DNA of 64,000 nt from Escherichia phage PBECO4: sequence record KC295538. One strand, given 5' to 3'. Shown piece by piece: positions 53,810 to 63,541 of the stretch. Each line of letters opens with the position of its first letter. Position 1 is the first letter of the stretch. A model generated the notes under the pieces. The model ran no database searches and was not told the DNA's origin. It worked only from the letters and a program-made list of their open reading frames with translations. A program made the translations under genes and the position numbers.

Positions 53810-54061
53810 TCACCGGAACTCTTTTTCTATTCCCATTACATCAGTCTTACGCTCAGATAGTATACCTGAAGTATATGAATCTTTGTTGTCAAACGCATTA
53901 AATCCAATAGTTCTGTCGGTGTCGTGTATTATTCCTTTTGTGTATGAGGTAGTATAGAACTCCCCATTTCTGAAATCCTGCCTTGCTACTGAGCAATGAT
54001 AATCTGCACCATAAGCAGTACTGGAAAATAATACAATTCCAAATATAATATATTTTTTCAT
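53810..54061 (-). CDS. small secreted protein (signal peptide)
   Basis: MKKYIIFGIVLFSSTAYGADYHC. Confidence 0.55.
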   Translation of the reverse strand: MKKYIIFGIVLFSSTAYGADYHCSVARQDFRNGEFYTTSYTKGIIHDTDRTIGFNAFDNKDSYTSGILSERKTDVMGIEKEFR

Positions 54062-54098
54062 TGTAATCCCTCTTCTTAATTCCTCTTTTGTATTTACA

Positions 54099-54127
54099 AA
54101 AAAAGGCTGACCGAAGTCAACCTTTTA
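54099..54127. terminator. TTGACT-containing hairpin element (copy 9)
   Basis: aaaaggctgaccgaagtcaacctttt. Confidence 0.5.
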
Positions 54128-54132
54128 AATGT

Positions 54133-55644
54133 TTATTTTTTATCCTTTCCAACACCACTGTCGTACTCTTTGAATGAGTTATCAAGTGTAGTTAGTGCAT
54201 ACTCATATGCTTCTGGTGATTCAATGTCAACATCATCTGCACCATTTACTAAATCAGCCCACGCCTTTTGAAGTTTACGAGCATTGTTACCAACATTATC
54301 TTTAATCCAACTAATGTTTTTGTTGATACTTTTACGATCAGCACCTGCTTTTTTGCCAATCTCGGATATCCACATCATTAGCTTTTGAAGTTCATGAATT
54401 GATTTATCGGTCATTTCAAGATGTTCTTCTTCCATACCTTCGGAATCAGATGAACCAACGTCAATTCCATGTTTAGCTAATAGTTTACCAAGTTCAAAGA
54501 ATGCAGCTTCAGCAGGGAAGTCATAACCTTTCTCTTTGTAGTTATTCCATGCACTATCAAACTCGTCAACAAAACGGTTAGCATAATCTGGATTTTTAAC
54601 TAATGCTTTATATACTGCAATTGCATGTTCAAAACCTTCTTTATCTGACCCAAACTCTTCCATCTCAGGACGATGAATGTATCCATCCATATCAACGGTA
54701 TCAGGTAGTTCTTCTTGCTCAGGCTCAACATCTTTCTGTTCAACTGCACCCTCTTCATCTGCACGCTTTAGATAACCATCTGGTGTTACCTTCTCACCAT
54801 GTTCTGCTTCATACTTTTTCATAGTGTTGAATGCAGCATCCATAGCTGTTACGAAGCGACTTTTCTCACCTTGTACATAAGATTTAAGTGCACTGTTAAC
54901 TGCATCTGATACGAGCTTAACCTTATCGTCTTTACCTTCTAAACGGTTTTCAAGTTTAGCCAGTACATTCTTGACTTGCTGGGCATTAGCACGGTCCGCT
55001 TTACCAATATTATCAAAAGTTTTAAGAATACCATCAAGACTTGCTTCACCCTGTTCAGGTTCTTTGGAATCTTCTTTGTGTGTACCTTCAAGTGCACGCA
55101 TGATAGTACTGAATACTTCAGTTGGTTCAGTGCTCTTATTACCTTTCATTACATCAAGTACAGCTTGTGCTTTACCTTTGAGTTCTTCTTTAGGAACTGC
55201 CTGTAGTGCTTTGACAATACCCTGAATCAACTGTGGTTTGTTAGCAAAGATCTTACCTAAGTTATCTGATAACTCTTTAACAGGGTTAGCAGCTTTAGGT
55301 ACTTCTGCTTTTGGTTCTTCTTTAGGAACTGCTTGTTCTTTCTCAGCACGTTCCATATCAGCTAGGCGTTGTTTTTGTGTAGCATTAAGAAGTCCCAATG
55401 AATTAACATAACGTAGCTTTTCTAGCTCAGTCATGTTCTCAGTACTCTTAACTTCACCTGCTTCTGCGTTTGCTTTACCAGCTAGACCAGTTCCTTGGTT
55501 ACGTGACCCACGTGAACCTTGACCTGCTTGATAACTATTTGGACGGCGGTTGCGTTCACTCCATTTATCAGAGTGACCAGCCATGTTACCACCATTTTTA
55601 TCAGTAAAATTACTTGGCATTTGATTTCTCTCCATAGATTTCAT
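54133..55644 (-). CDS. large hydrophilic protein (503 aa), paralogous segment shared with 55890..56273
   Basis: Charged K/E-rich; shared YVNSLGLL / YLDSLGLL and ..KALQAVPKEELKGKA / ..KLKVTPKEHFKATV segments. Confidence 0.6.
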   Translation of the reverse strand: MKSMERNQMPSNFTDKNGGNMAGHSDKWSERNRRPNSYQAGQGSRGSRNQGTGLAGKANAEAGEVKSTENMTELEKLRYVNSLGLLNATQKQRLADMERAEKEQAVPKEEPKAEVPKAANPVKELSDNLGKIFANKPQLIQGIVKALQAVPKEELKGKAQAVLDVMKGNKSTEPTEVFSTIMRALEGTHKEDSKEPEQGEASLDGILKTFDNIGKADRANAQQVKNVLAKLENRLEGKDDKVKLVSDAVNSALKSYVQGEKSRFVTAMDAAFNTMKKYEAEHGEKVTPDGYLKRADEEGAVEQKDVEPEQEELPDTVDMDGYIHRPEMEEFGSDKEGFEHAIAVYKALVKNPDYANRFVDEFDSAWNNYKEKGYDFPAEAAFFELGKLLAKHGIDVGSSDSEGMEEEHLEMTDKSIHELQKLMMWISEIGKKAGADRKSINKNISWIKDNVGNNARKLQKAWADLVNGADDVDIESPEAYEYALTTLDNSFKEYDSGVGKDKK

Positions 55645-55676
55645 TTTTTTCTCTATGTCTATATTTATAGTATAAA

Positions 55677-55704
55677 GAAAAGGCTGACCGAAGTCAACCT
55701 TATT
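55677..55704. terminator. TTGACT-containing hairpin element (copy 10)
   Basis: aaaaggctgaccgaagtcaacctta. Confidence 0.5.
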
Positions 55705-55710
55705 TTGTTA

Positions 55711-55824
55711 CTTAGATTGTTCTTGTGCAGGTGGATTTACTTTTTGATCCACTACATAGAATACACCACCAACCAGTACTGCGGCGATGAGTGCAGCAAC
55801 TACAAATTTTAAACCTTGCATATA
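55711..55824 (-). CDS. small hydrophobic peptide (37 aa)
   Basis: Own translation MQGLKFVVAALIAAVLVGGVFYVV..; bracketed by two hairpin elements. Confidence 0.35.
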
Positions 55825-55860
55825 TGATACCTCAGTTATATTGAGAAGTTATGATACAAC

Positions 55861-55888
55861 AAAGGGCTGACCTTAGTCAACCCTTTTT
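55861..55888. terminator. TTGACT-containing hairpin element (copy 11, variant loop)
   Basis: aaagggctgaccttagtcaaccctttttat. Confidence 0.5.
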
Positions 55889-55889
55889 A

Positions 55890-56273
55890 TTACTTCTTGA
55901 ACTTATGTTTTTCACTTTCGATTGCATTCACGATTTCATCATGAATTTTACGAAGATTGTGAGTTTTCTTGAGAGAATCATGCAATGCACGGAATGCAGA
56001 GTGTACAGTTGCTTTAAAGTGCTCTTTAGGAGTTACTTTAAGTTTCTCGATAATATCACGTACATAGATTGGGTGATCCTCAAACACACGATTAAGCTCA
56101 TGACCTAGTGATTCTAGGCTAAATGCTTTTTCACGGGATGGACGATCATGTGCAAGACTTTGGTCTGGTTTTAGAAGACCTAGTGAATCTAGATACTTGT
56201 GCTTATGTGCATTGTCTAGACCAGAAATATCAACATCATGTGATGGATCTTTCTTATTCCATTTATCAACCAT
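55890..56273 (-). CDS. hypothetical protein, paralog of N-terminal part of 54133..55644
   Basis: DKW, LDSLGLL, PKEHFKA shared motifs. Confidence 0.55.
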   Translation of the reverse strand: MVDKWNKKDPSHDVDISGLDNAHKHKYLDSLGLLKPDQSLAHDRPSREKAFSLESLGHELNRVFEDHPIYVRDIIEKLKVTPKEHFKATVHSAFRALHDSLKKTHNLRKIHDEIVNAIESEKHKFKK

Positions 56274-56388
56274 TTTTATAACTCCTATAAGAGATAAATT
56301 TTACTATAATATTTATAGTTCCGTTGTCATTTATATCGAATGACATAAAACATTATATCATAATAAGAATGGTTGTCCCAAAGTTAAA

Positions 56389-56832
56389 TTAGTACTGACC
56401 AAGTTCAGATGTAAAAATAAATGCATCCATGTCTTCCAACGTAAGTTTTAAGTCTGGTACATACTTAAGAATAACGCACTCTGGCTTCTTAATAGCAGCT
56501 TGATAAGCAGCAATGGCAAGGGATTCCAATTGCTGTGCTGTATAATTTTTACGTTCTGCATTAAAAACTTTGTTTTTGATATCACCACCTGGGAGTTTTT
56601 CAAACTCACGCATAACTGCGGTAAGAACATCGTCAGCAGTGTTACTATATACCCATTGGGGTAATTGCATTACATTATAAATCACACCACTATCATCCAT
56701 CAAAGAGATCCATTTGTACCCATCACTAGCACTGAACAAACGCCCTTTTAGTACTGTGTTATTAGTTAAATTTACAAATGCAAAAATATCTTGTTCGTTA
56801 AGTTCAATACTATTAACATTTACCCAACTCAT
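56389..56832 (-). CDS. hypothetical protein
   Basis: Track ORF trimmed to MSWVNVNSIELNEQ.. Confidence 0.55.
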   Translation of the reverse strand: MSWVNVNSIELNEQDIFAFVNLTNNTVLKGRLFSASDGYKWISLMDDSGVIYNVMQLPQWVYSNTADDVLTAVMREFEKLPGGDIKNKVFNAERKNYTAQQLESLAIAAYQAAIKKPECVILKYVPDLKLTLEDMDAFIFTSELGQY

Positions 56833-56845
56833 TACGATTCCCCAT

Positions 56846-57442
56846 TCATAAATCACGAACAATATTCATTAAACACAATTTAGGTTTTATAGCATTCAAC
56901 ACCCATATGCATTCTTTGTAAGTAGCTATTATATCATCTAAATGCTCAGTTACAATGCTTTCTTGAAAATATTCTTCATCATTGAGCTTTGCTAATTTAG
57001 TAACATCACACGTAGGCACTATAGGTCTGGATTGTACACCCATTCCATTATTGATATTAGTGAAATGTACAAAATGGTACTTCACTACACCTTTATCTAG
57101 ATTTATTATACATGACAAATTTTCCAACTCAGTTAGTTTTTTATTACAAGTAACATTAATGAAACCAGCATTATAGGCTCTATAATCATCTACTGATATC
57201 TCAAAATCATTACGTTCAAATATAAGTGAAATGAGTTGGTCCAGTGGTTTGACATTCATATATTTTAATGAATTTACGTATGATACTTCAATCTTAGATG
57301 AAATTATCTTTTTACTAAGTGCAGTTAAATCTTTGTTAGATTTAACTGTTAAAACAATAGGTTTAAACCTAGAACTTTTGTTCTTTTTTGATACTTTAAA
57401 ACGACCTTTACGATTCATAATTTCCTCAATTAATAATTTCAC
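56846..57442 (-). CDS. hypothetical protein (198 aa)
   Basis: Track ORF. Confidence 0.55.
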   Translation of the reverse strand: MKLLIEEIMNRKGRFKVSKKNKSSRFKPIVLTVKSNKDLTALSKKIISSKIEVSYVNSLKYMNVKPLDQLISLIFERNDFEISVDDYRAYNAGFINVTCNKKLTELENLSCIINLDKGVVKYHFVHFTNINNGMGVQSRPIVPTCDVTKLAKLNDEEYFQESIVTEHLDDIIATYKECIWVLNAIKPKLCLMNIVRDL

Positions 57443-57647
57443 ATTTAACGTGTGGTTTATATAGCATAATTAACCCATTTTTAAGTACAATGATTGTTGC
57501 TCTGTTAGTAATCGAAACGTTTTTAATTATACTTTTTTTATATGTTTCAACATATTTCTCTTCATAATTTATACATTTAACATATTCTTTTTGTTTAGCA
57601 CTTACAACAGTACTGAATAATATCAGTACAAGTACTATATATTTCAT
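57426..57647 (-). CDS. small secreted protein (signal peptide)
   Basis: MKYIVLVLILFSTVVSAKQ. Confidence 0.5.
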   Translation of the reverse strand: MKYIVLVLILFSTVVSAKQKEYVKCINYEEKYVETYKKSIIKNVSITNRATIIVLKNGLIMLYKPHVKCEIIN

Positions 57648-57699
57648 TACTATACCTTATAAACAAAAAGGAATTCATTTAAGAATTCCTATTTTACAA

Positions 57700-57993
57700 T
57701 CATTTATCTAACATACCATTGTGCAAACGTTCATATACTTCAGTTCGACGCAAATTAACAATATCTTCTGCGTATTTTAATGTAAATGCCCATGCTTTTG
57801 GATGTACGTTAAGCTTCATACGAATTCGATTTTTCATCAACTCTCCACTTAAACGAATAAATTCGTGTACACCACGACTACCGTATTCAGTAATTAAATC
57901 ATTAATGTACATATCACGAAGAGTTTCATCTGCACATTCTTTAACCATTTCTACGTCAGCGACGATGCTTTCATTAACTGAAGTACTGATCAT
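57700..57993 (-). CDS. hypothetical protein
   Basis: Track ORF. Confidence 0.55.
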   Translation of the reverse strand: MISTSVNESIVADVEMVKECADETLRDMYINDLITEYGSRGVHEFIRLSGELMKNRIRMKLNVHPKAWAFTLKYAEDIVNLRRTEVYERLHNGMLDK

Positions 57994-58005
57994 TTTTAAT
58001 TTACC

Positions 58006-58272
58006 TTATTTAAATTCGACTGTAATTTTATCACCTTCAACTACGAACTTACAGTTGTAGCGACGTGCCATATCCATGTACATATGCTCAGAGTACCAAG
58101 GAACATCAATAATCGGATGCTCTGCATATTGTAAAACTTCACGGTCGCCCACTGTAGTAATGATGAAAGGAATGTTCATCTCTCGTAAAAACAGTTCAGC
58201 ACCAGGAGAACGATTAATAAATTCAGTATCATTACGTAAAGTAAATCCATTATATTGTAATTTAAGCTTCAT
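58006..58272 (-). CDS. hypothetical protein
   Basis: Track ORF. Confidence 0.55.
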   Translation of the reverse strand: MKLKLQYNGFTLRNDTEFINRSPGAELFLREMNIPFIITTVGDREVLQYAEHPIIDVPWYSEHMYMDMARRYNCKFVVEGDKITVEFK

Positions 58273-58286
58273 ATGTTATCCTCTAT

Positions 58287-58631
58287 TCAATACCATTCTT
58301 TAAAACCATTAAGTTCGGCTACGTGAGTGATTATAACACATATAACATTCAGGTCAAGTATAATTTGATCATAATTTAATTTTATACGATCATCATTATA
58401 TGCTCTAAAAACTACATCGTAATCAAAGAAATTTGCGTTTTCATCATTCATTGAAACGATTCGGTATCTACGTCTTCCATCTGTATTGAATATAGTTAAA
58501 CACTGTTGAAACTTTCTCATTAACTGTTTAGATAGGATATTATAATATTCAATATCTTTTTGTGAATTACGTGGGTCATCAGGAAGATAGAATGAAACAA
58601 ATTTCTTTAATTCTATTTGAGTTTTATCCAT
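58287..58631 (-). CDS. hypothetical protein
   Basis: Track ORF; overlaps upstream gene. Confidence 0.55.
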   Translation of the reverse strand: MDKTQIELKKFVSFYLPDDPRNSQKDIEYYNILSKQLMRKFQQCLTIFNTDGRRRYRIVSMNDENANFFDYDVVFRAYNDDRIKLNYDQIILDLNVICVIITHVAELNGFKEWY

Positions 58632-59064
58632 ATATTACCTCATTTGTTTCTCTTTTACTTTGTCGGAACTCATCCTTTGCTTCCTTAACTGACATGATAC
58701 GAACTAATTTAGCACTACCGCAATAGTACTGAACCTGATTACGACCAATGTCTACATGGTGGTCTGGAACTTCATATACAGATATAGCAAACCCAGCACG
58801 ATGCAATTTACCTAAGTCCATAGTGAAGAATCTGAACAAATCTTTCAAACTTTGACAGCCAAATACCCATCCACTTTTGATTGAATAAATCCCATCCTCA
58901 GTTGGTTCAGGTTGGAATTGAGAAGGTGTAGTCATGAGCAAACGGTCAAATCCATTTTTAGTACTGTATCTGGTTGAATACCGTGCAAACGGACCTACAG
59001 TTCGTGCAGGATCTAAGTTAGGTTCAATGTAACTAAATTTAAGTTCAAAACGATATACATACAT
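58624..59064 (-). CDS. hypothetical protein
   Basis: Track ORF; hairpin element upstream. Confidence 0.55.
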   Translation of the reverse strand: MYVYRFELKFSYIEPNLDPARTVGPFARYSTRYSTKNGFDRLLMTTPSQFQPEPTEDGIYSIKSGWVFGCQSLKDLFRFFTMDLGKLHRAGFAISVYEVPDHHVDIGRNQVQYYCGSAKLVRIMSVKEAKDEFRQSKRETNEVIYG

Positions 59065-59100
59065 AATTAAAATCCTCTAATTTATTAAGAGAATTATAAC

Positions 59101-59127
59101 AAAAAAGGCTGACCGAAGTCAACCTTT
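59101..59127. terminator. TTGACT-containing hairpin element (copy 12)
   Basis: aaaaaaggctgaccgaagtcaaccttt. Confidence 0.5.
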
Positions 59128-59310
59128 GTTTTGAAGTTCTTGAACTAATTGTCGTACTTCGTTAATATTTTTACACTGCTTTACAGTGAAGTAATCATAC
59201 TTACGACCATAGGTTCTTGGGTCATCACCTTCCATATACTGCTGCACATCAAAGATTTGTAAGTAGGGATGCTGCATAACACGAATATTATCACTTTGAT
59301 AAATCAACAT
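59119..59310 (-). CDS. hypothetical protein
   Basis: Track ORF 59119..59364 trimmed to MLIYQSDNIRV.. to avoid overlap. Confidence 0.45.
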   Translation of the reverse strand: MLIYQSDNIRVMQHPYLQIFDVQQYMEGDDPRTYGRKYDYFTVKQCKNINEVRQLVQELQNKG

Positions 59311-59314
59311 AATA

Positions 59315-59665
59315 TCAATCCTTATATTTACACAAGCCACCAAAACTAGTTTCTTTAGCACCACGACGCATCATAACTAATTTAGCATATTGTGTGCCAT
59401 TACTATCTTCATATACATCTACTTCAATAAACGCTAAGAAGTTAGGGTCTGTGTCGTTAGAAAACTCAGTGAAGCTAATGTCGCCTACTGTATGCTCTTT
59501 AACAAACGTATATGATTGTCCATCAATATATACAATATCTCGATCGTCACTATCACCTTGATAGATATGTTTAATATTACCATCTGTACAAACTAAACCT
59601 TCCAATGGTTCAGCATATGACAATCCACACATTAACATACATACAAAAAATAAAATAATTTTCAT
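59315..59665 (-). CDS. small secreted protein (signal peptide)
   Basis: MKIILFFVCMLMCGLSYAEP. Confidence 0.55.
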   Translation of the reverse strand: MKIILFFVCMLMCGLSYAEPLEGLVCTDGNIKHIYQGDSDDRDIVYIDGQSYTFVKEHTVGDISFTEFSNDTDPNFLAFIEVDVYEDSNGTQYAKLVMMRRGAKETSFGGLCKYKD

Positions 59666-59667
59666 GA

Positions 59668-60045
59668 TTATTTTCCTCCAACGTTAAGTGATTTCTTGTA
59701 CTGATATTCTTTATAAGTACTATACCATATATCACCAACGTAAATCAAGTACCACGTAGCAGGATAAAGAGCCAATCCAGTACTGATGTATACGAACTTT
59801 TGGTCAAGGACATCAAATACATACAGAAGGAAAGTTACTCCCATAATGCAAGAACAAATTAACCACAAGTTATAAGCAATCGAATCGCAAGCAAAAATAG
59901 AATCAAGCTTAGAAATTAGGACATATTTGTTTGTTAAAATGAAATGAATTACTGCAACTAAACAATATCCTGCCATAAAAATAGAAATTAAAAAAGACAG
60001 AATAATTGGAATATTCAACAACAAAAGTAAAATAGTGTTTACCAT
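59668..60045 (-). CDS. small integral membrane protein
   Basis: Hydrophobic multi-pass profile. Confidence 0.55.
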   Translation of the reverse strand: MVNTILLLLLNIPIILSFLISIFMAGYCLVAVIHFILTNKYVLISKLDSIFACDSIAYNLWLICSCIMGVTFLLYVFDVLDQKFVYISTGLALYPATWYLIYVGDIWYSTYKEYQYKKSLNVGGK

Positions 60046-60055
60046 TTTTTAAGTC

Positions 60056-60415
60056 CTATATTTCACAGTGTAAGTTCAATTTATCTATATCTAGGTCACG
60101 GCGTACCGATGAGTCCAAGTAAATTACTATATAGATATCACCATTACCAGTTCTTGGGTCTACAATTAATATTACGTTTGCTAATGTACCAGAATCATCT
60201 CTATAAGTCGAGATTTTTTTATTACCGATAATACTTTCTACTTTAAAACGATAAATCACACCATCAACAACTATATTTTTACCATTTCTAGGGTCGTTAG
60301 TCAATACATGCCACGTTCCCTTAGTACTACGACAATATGTTTCTGCTGCTGCACCATAACTAAAACATGAAAATAATGCACACACAAGTGCTATTAATTT
60401 TATATAACTCTTCAT
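60056..60415 (-). CDS. small secreted protein (signal peptide)
   Basis: MKSYIKLIALVCALFSCFSYGAAAE. Confidence 0.55.
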   Translation of the reverse strand: MKSYIKLIALVCALFSCFSYGAAAETYCRSTKGTWHVLTNDPRNGKNIVVDGVIYRFKVESIIGNKKISTYRDDSGTLANVILIVDPRTGNGDIYIVIYLDSSVRRDLDIDKLNLHCEI

Positions 60416-60493
60416 AACAAACCTCTAACGAGAAATACTTCTGTACTATATATATGTACAGAAGTATTTAATACTATAGAGATATTTTCACTG

Positions 60494-60820
60494 TTACATC
60501 TTATTCGTGAACTTGAATTTGATAATATCAATCCAAATTTTAACATTTCCTGCAAATAGTGCTTTGATTAGCCACATAATTGCAACAAAGTTCTCAACTA
60601 AATCCAAAGTTTTAACTACTGCACCGAGTGGGAAGATAAAACTCAAAACCCATACAATTACTGAAACCACAACGACTGCATAGAAAATACGCACAATCGG
60701 TGAATCAAGCATAAACAACTCAGAGAACTCTTTTTTATCATTATCATCAGTAATAAAGCATTCGTAAACCAGAAGCCAAATCAGAATTAAAGACGGAATT
60801 GAAATTAGTACTGATAGCAT
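60494..60820 (-). CDS. small integral membrane protein
   Basis: Hydrophobic profile. Confidence 0.55.
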   Translation of the reverse strand: MLSVLISIPSLILIWLLVYECFITDDNDKKEFSELFMLDSPIVRIFYAVVVVSVIVWVLSFIFPLGAVVKTLDLVENFVAIMWLIKALFAGNVKIWIDIIKFKFTNKM

Positions 60821-60877
60821 ATTTTTTACCTCAAGTTTAAGTGTTAAGTTTCAGACTACAGGAACCATTATACAGTA

Positions 60878-61120
60878 CTACGAACGTTTGTCAACATTTG
60901 TTTCTTCAATAAGCATAAGATAACTTAACACGAAGAGTAATACCGAAATAATATCAATAACCGTAAAGCTCACGGGAATAATAATAGACACTAGAACGAG
61001 TGCCACGTTTAGCAAGAATACAGTAGTGAGATCTACCATCGTTCGTCTAGTGGCTAATGCCACTAGTGTAGGATAGAACATAAACAATAGTGCAACAACA
61101 AAACTTAGTACTAGATACAT
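60878..61120 (-). CDS. small integral membrane protein
   Basis: Hydrophobic profile. Confidence 0.55.
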   Translation of the reverse strand: MYLVLSFVVALLFMFYPTLVALATRRTMVDLTTVFLLNVALVLVSIIIPVSFTVIDIISVLLFVLSYLMLIEETNVDKRS

Positions 61121-61791
61121 TTCTTTTTCACCTTAATAAAATTATAACACAAAACCACATCAACATCTGGCTCATCACACAAGTACTCAAAACGTTCTTT
61201 ACTTCGTTTAGTACCGATATACTCACCATTCTTATGCCAACGCCATCCACCATCCTTTGGTTGTTCAGACTTCAGTACTGGGTGATAGCACAAGACAATT
61301 TCTTCTGGACCTTCAATTAGGTTCTTGTACTTCTTCATAATCTGTTCAAGCGTATCTGCTACACCATAAGATGAATGCATAAGATAAGACTCAGGACGTG
61401 GACGTCCACTTGGTAGAATATCATCAGTACTATTAAAGATAGCACGGAAGTCTTCAGATGTGTATAGACTTCCATCTTCATGGATCATTGGGTATTCATC
61501 CACGACATCGTAATCAGTGAAGTGTTCAATTGCATGTGCAGGTCGATAACCTGCAAGGATACCTGCATGTTTAGTCTGGACAATAGTCATAACAGATGTA
61601 TTGTTGTTTACATTTGGATCATGAATTTCAGCCCAAAACGGATGATTTGGATCAAAAGTTGCATTTACCAATGTACACTCACCAATGTAGTCAAACATAG
61701 TTTCCTTGAAGTTTAAAGAAACTCCACGTAATGCCCAGTCAGGTGAAGTGATGAAATTAAGATTAACTAACATAAGTATCCTCAGATGCAA
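61111..61791 (-). CDS. hypothetical protein (226 aa)
   Basis: Track ORF. Confidence 0.6.
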   Translation of the reverse strand: MHLRILMLVNLNFITSPDWALRGVSLNFKETMFDYIGECTLVNATFDPNHPFWAEIHDPNVNNNTSVMTIVQTKHAGILAGYRPAHAIEHFTDYDVVDEYPMIHEDGSLYTSEDFRAIFNSTDDILPSGRPRPESYLMHSSYGVADTLEQIMKKYKNLIEGPEEIVLCYHPVLKSEQPKDGGWRWHKNGEYIGTKRSKERFEYLCDEPDVDVVLCYNFIKVKKKCI

Positions 61792-61805
61792 TTTTTTTGA
61801 TGTGG

Positions 61806-62021
61806 TTATTGTATCAAAGATGTATCGATTTGTACAACATTTATTGTAACTATTTCGTACATATAGTCAGGTGCATTGAACTCAGCATACCACTCAATGA
61901 TCTCACAAGCAGCATCAACTTGGTTGTTCGCATTAACACGTCTTGCATAGGTACTAGACATTTTATATCTACCATTTACATACACGTTATATACACCATG
62001 ACACCACCACATCTTAGTCAT
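61806..62021 (-). CDS. hypothetical protein
   Basis: Track ORF. Confidence 0.5.
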   Translation of the reverse strand: MTKMWWCHGVYNVYVNGRYKMSSTYARRVNANNQVDAACEIIEWYAEFNAPDYMYEIVTINVVQIDTSLIQ

Positions 62022-62232
62022 TTATACTAGGCCATACTTTGTATTGTAAGTTCTGGTATTGAAATTTACCAATTTCATTTTTCTTACGGAATGATTCATC
62101 TACTTGAATTTCCGCATCGTACTGACCATCAGCCTGTACAACGTACTTAAATTCTTCTACGTGTGAAAAACGTAGACCTTCACCTTCTGGTTTATAGACT
62201 TGTACTAAACCTTCAACTAGATATAAATTCAT
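62014..62232 (-). CDS. hypothetical protein
   Basis: Track ORF. Confidence 0.5.
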   Translation of the reverse strand: MNLYLVEGLVQVYKPEGEGLRFSHVEEFKYVVQADGQYDAEIQVDESFRKKNEIGKFQYQNLQYKVWPSIND

Positions 62233-62235
62233 TTA

Positions 62236-62457
62236 TCATTCCTCATCACTTTCAGTTAGTATAATGCTATGTACAGTTTCCACATAGCGGTGTGTTTTGG
62301 GTGTGTTATACTTTGTAATTTCATCAAACAATTTAAACAGTGCATCTACTTCACTAAGAGCACGAATGAATACATCCATCTTGGTGACTACTCTGGAAAA
62401 CCCGCGTATGTTATTAAATTCAGAGACGTGTTCATACACAACATAGTATCTATTCAT
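62236..62457 (-). CDS. hypothetical protein
   Basis: Track ORF. Confidence 0.5.
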   Translation of the reverse strand: MNRYYVVYEHVSEFNNIRGFSRVVTKMDVFIRALSEVDALFKLFDEITKYNTPKTHRYVETVHSIILTESDEE

Positions 62458-62972
62458 ATATTAAAAAGTTCCATGAATTCATTGAATAAAGAAGTTCTAA
62501 TGCACATAACAAATTCAAAATCAACATCTATGGTGTCAAGTAGTTTGAACAACTTTGGTACTAATGGATCATTCACCTCAAAGTTATGAATCAAACTTTG
62601 TTGAAACACATTTTCTTCAGTACTATAATCAATAACAAAATATTCAGCAATACCAGGTGGTGTGTAAACATCATATAAAATATGGCGGTGATGATTTGTT
62701 TTAGAACTAGGGGAATATATAAGTTCTATTTCATAAGATTTATCAGCACTGCGTGCGTAACAAACAATATCAGTACTCGTTATTTCTGAACCATCACTTC
62801 TCTCTGAAAAACAAACATCAGCATAGCGTTTTCCAGAGAGATTCAAAAGGTCATGAGTTGTTTTACCATAACAGAAATCAGTTTCAATGCGTATCACATC
62901 TTGATATTCAATTGGTCTTGTATCGCGGCGTTCACGATTAAACACTAATTTCAACAACTCATTAATATCCAT
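62454..62972 (-). CDS. hypothetical protein (172 aa)
   Basis: Track ORF. Confidence 0.6.
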   Translation of the reverse strand: MDINELLKLVFNRERRDTRPIEYQDVIRIETDFCYGKTTHDLLNLSGKRYADVCFSERSDGSEITSTDIVCYARSADKSYEIELIYSPSSKTNHHRHILYDVYTPPGIAEYFVIDYSTEENVFQQSLIHNFEVNDPLVPKLFKLLDTIDVDFEFVMCIRTSLFNEFMELFNI

Positions 62973-63172
62973 TATTTCGCCTCGATAACCTTAAGGTTAA
63001 CAAAATCACCTTTTACTTTCATGCATTTGAATTCAGTGCGAGTTTCATCCCCACTATCGCGAGGCCAATGAGTGGCAGAGTAGCACTGGTCTGGTGTTTT
63101 ATATACACCTTCACCAATAGTACGAGTGATTTCACCATTGGTGAGAACTACTGCGAGATATAAAGTAAACAT
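62972..63172 (-). CDS. hypothetical protein
   Basis: Track ORF 62972..63229 trimmed to MFTLYLAVVLTNGE.. Confidence 0.5.
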   Translation of the reverse strand: MFTLYLAVVLTNGEITRTIGEGVYKTPDQCYSATHWPRDSGDETRTEFKCMKVKGDFVNLKVIEAK

Positions 63173-63325
63173 GATATTCGCCTTAGAATAATTTATTAAT
63201 AATAATAGCACCCAACGCAAGAACTGCAATAATTACAGATACCCACATTACTGCATTCACTGTACCAGTAAGTTCTTTATCAAACTCCCTGCACTTCTTG
63301 CGGTAATCTTCCCACTCTTTGTTAT

Positions 63326-63541
63326 TCACACTGCCACTCCTAATAGGTCGGTAGCTTTCTTGAGTACTACGTCAATGGTTTCCAGTACTGCACCTTTGTG
63401 TTCAATTGATACAATATTATTATAAGTATCAAGGTCCAAGTACTCCATATATTCAGTTTTGAATACACGAACATCAGTACTAGTGATTTTAATATCACAA
63501 CCTTTATCCCAAATAACCTGCATCATTTCATTGGTAGTCAT
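63326..63541 (-). CDS. hypothetical protein
   Basis: Track ORF. Confidence 0.55.
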   Translation of the reverse strand: MTTNEMMQVIWDKGCDIKITSTDVRVFKTEYMEYLDLDTYNNIVSIEHKGAVLETIDVVLKKATDLLGVAV

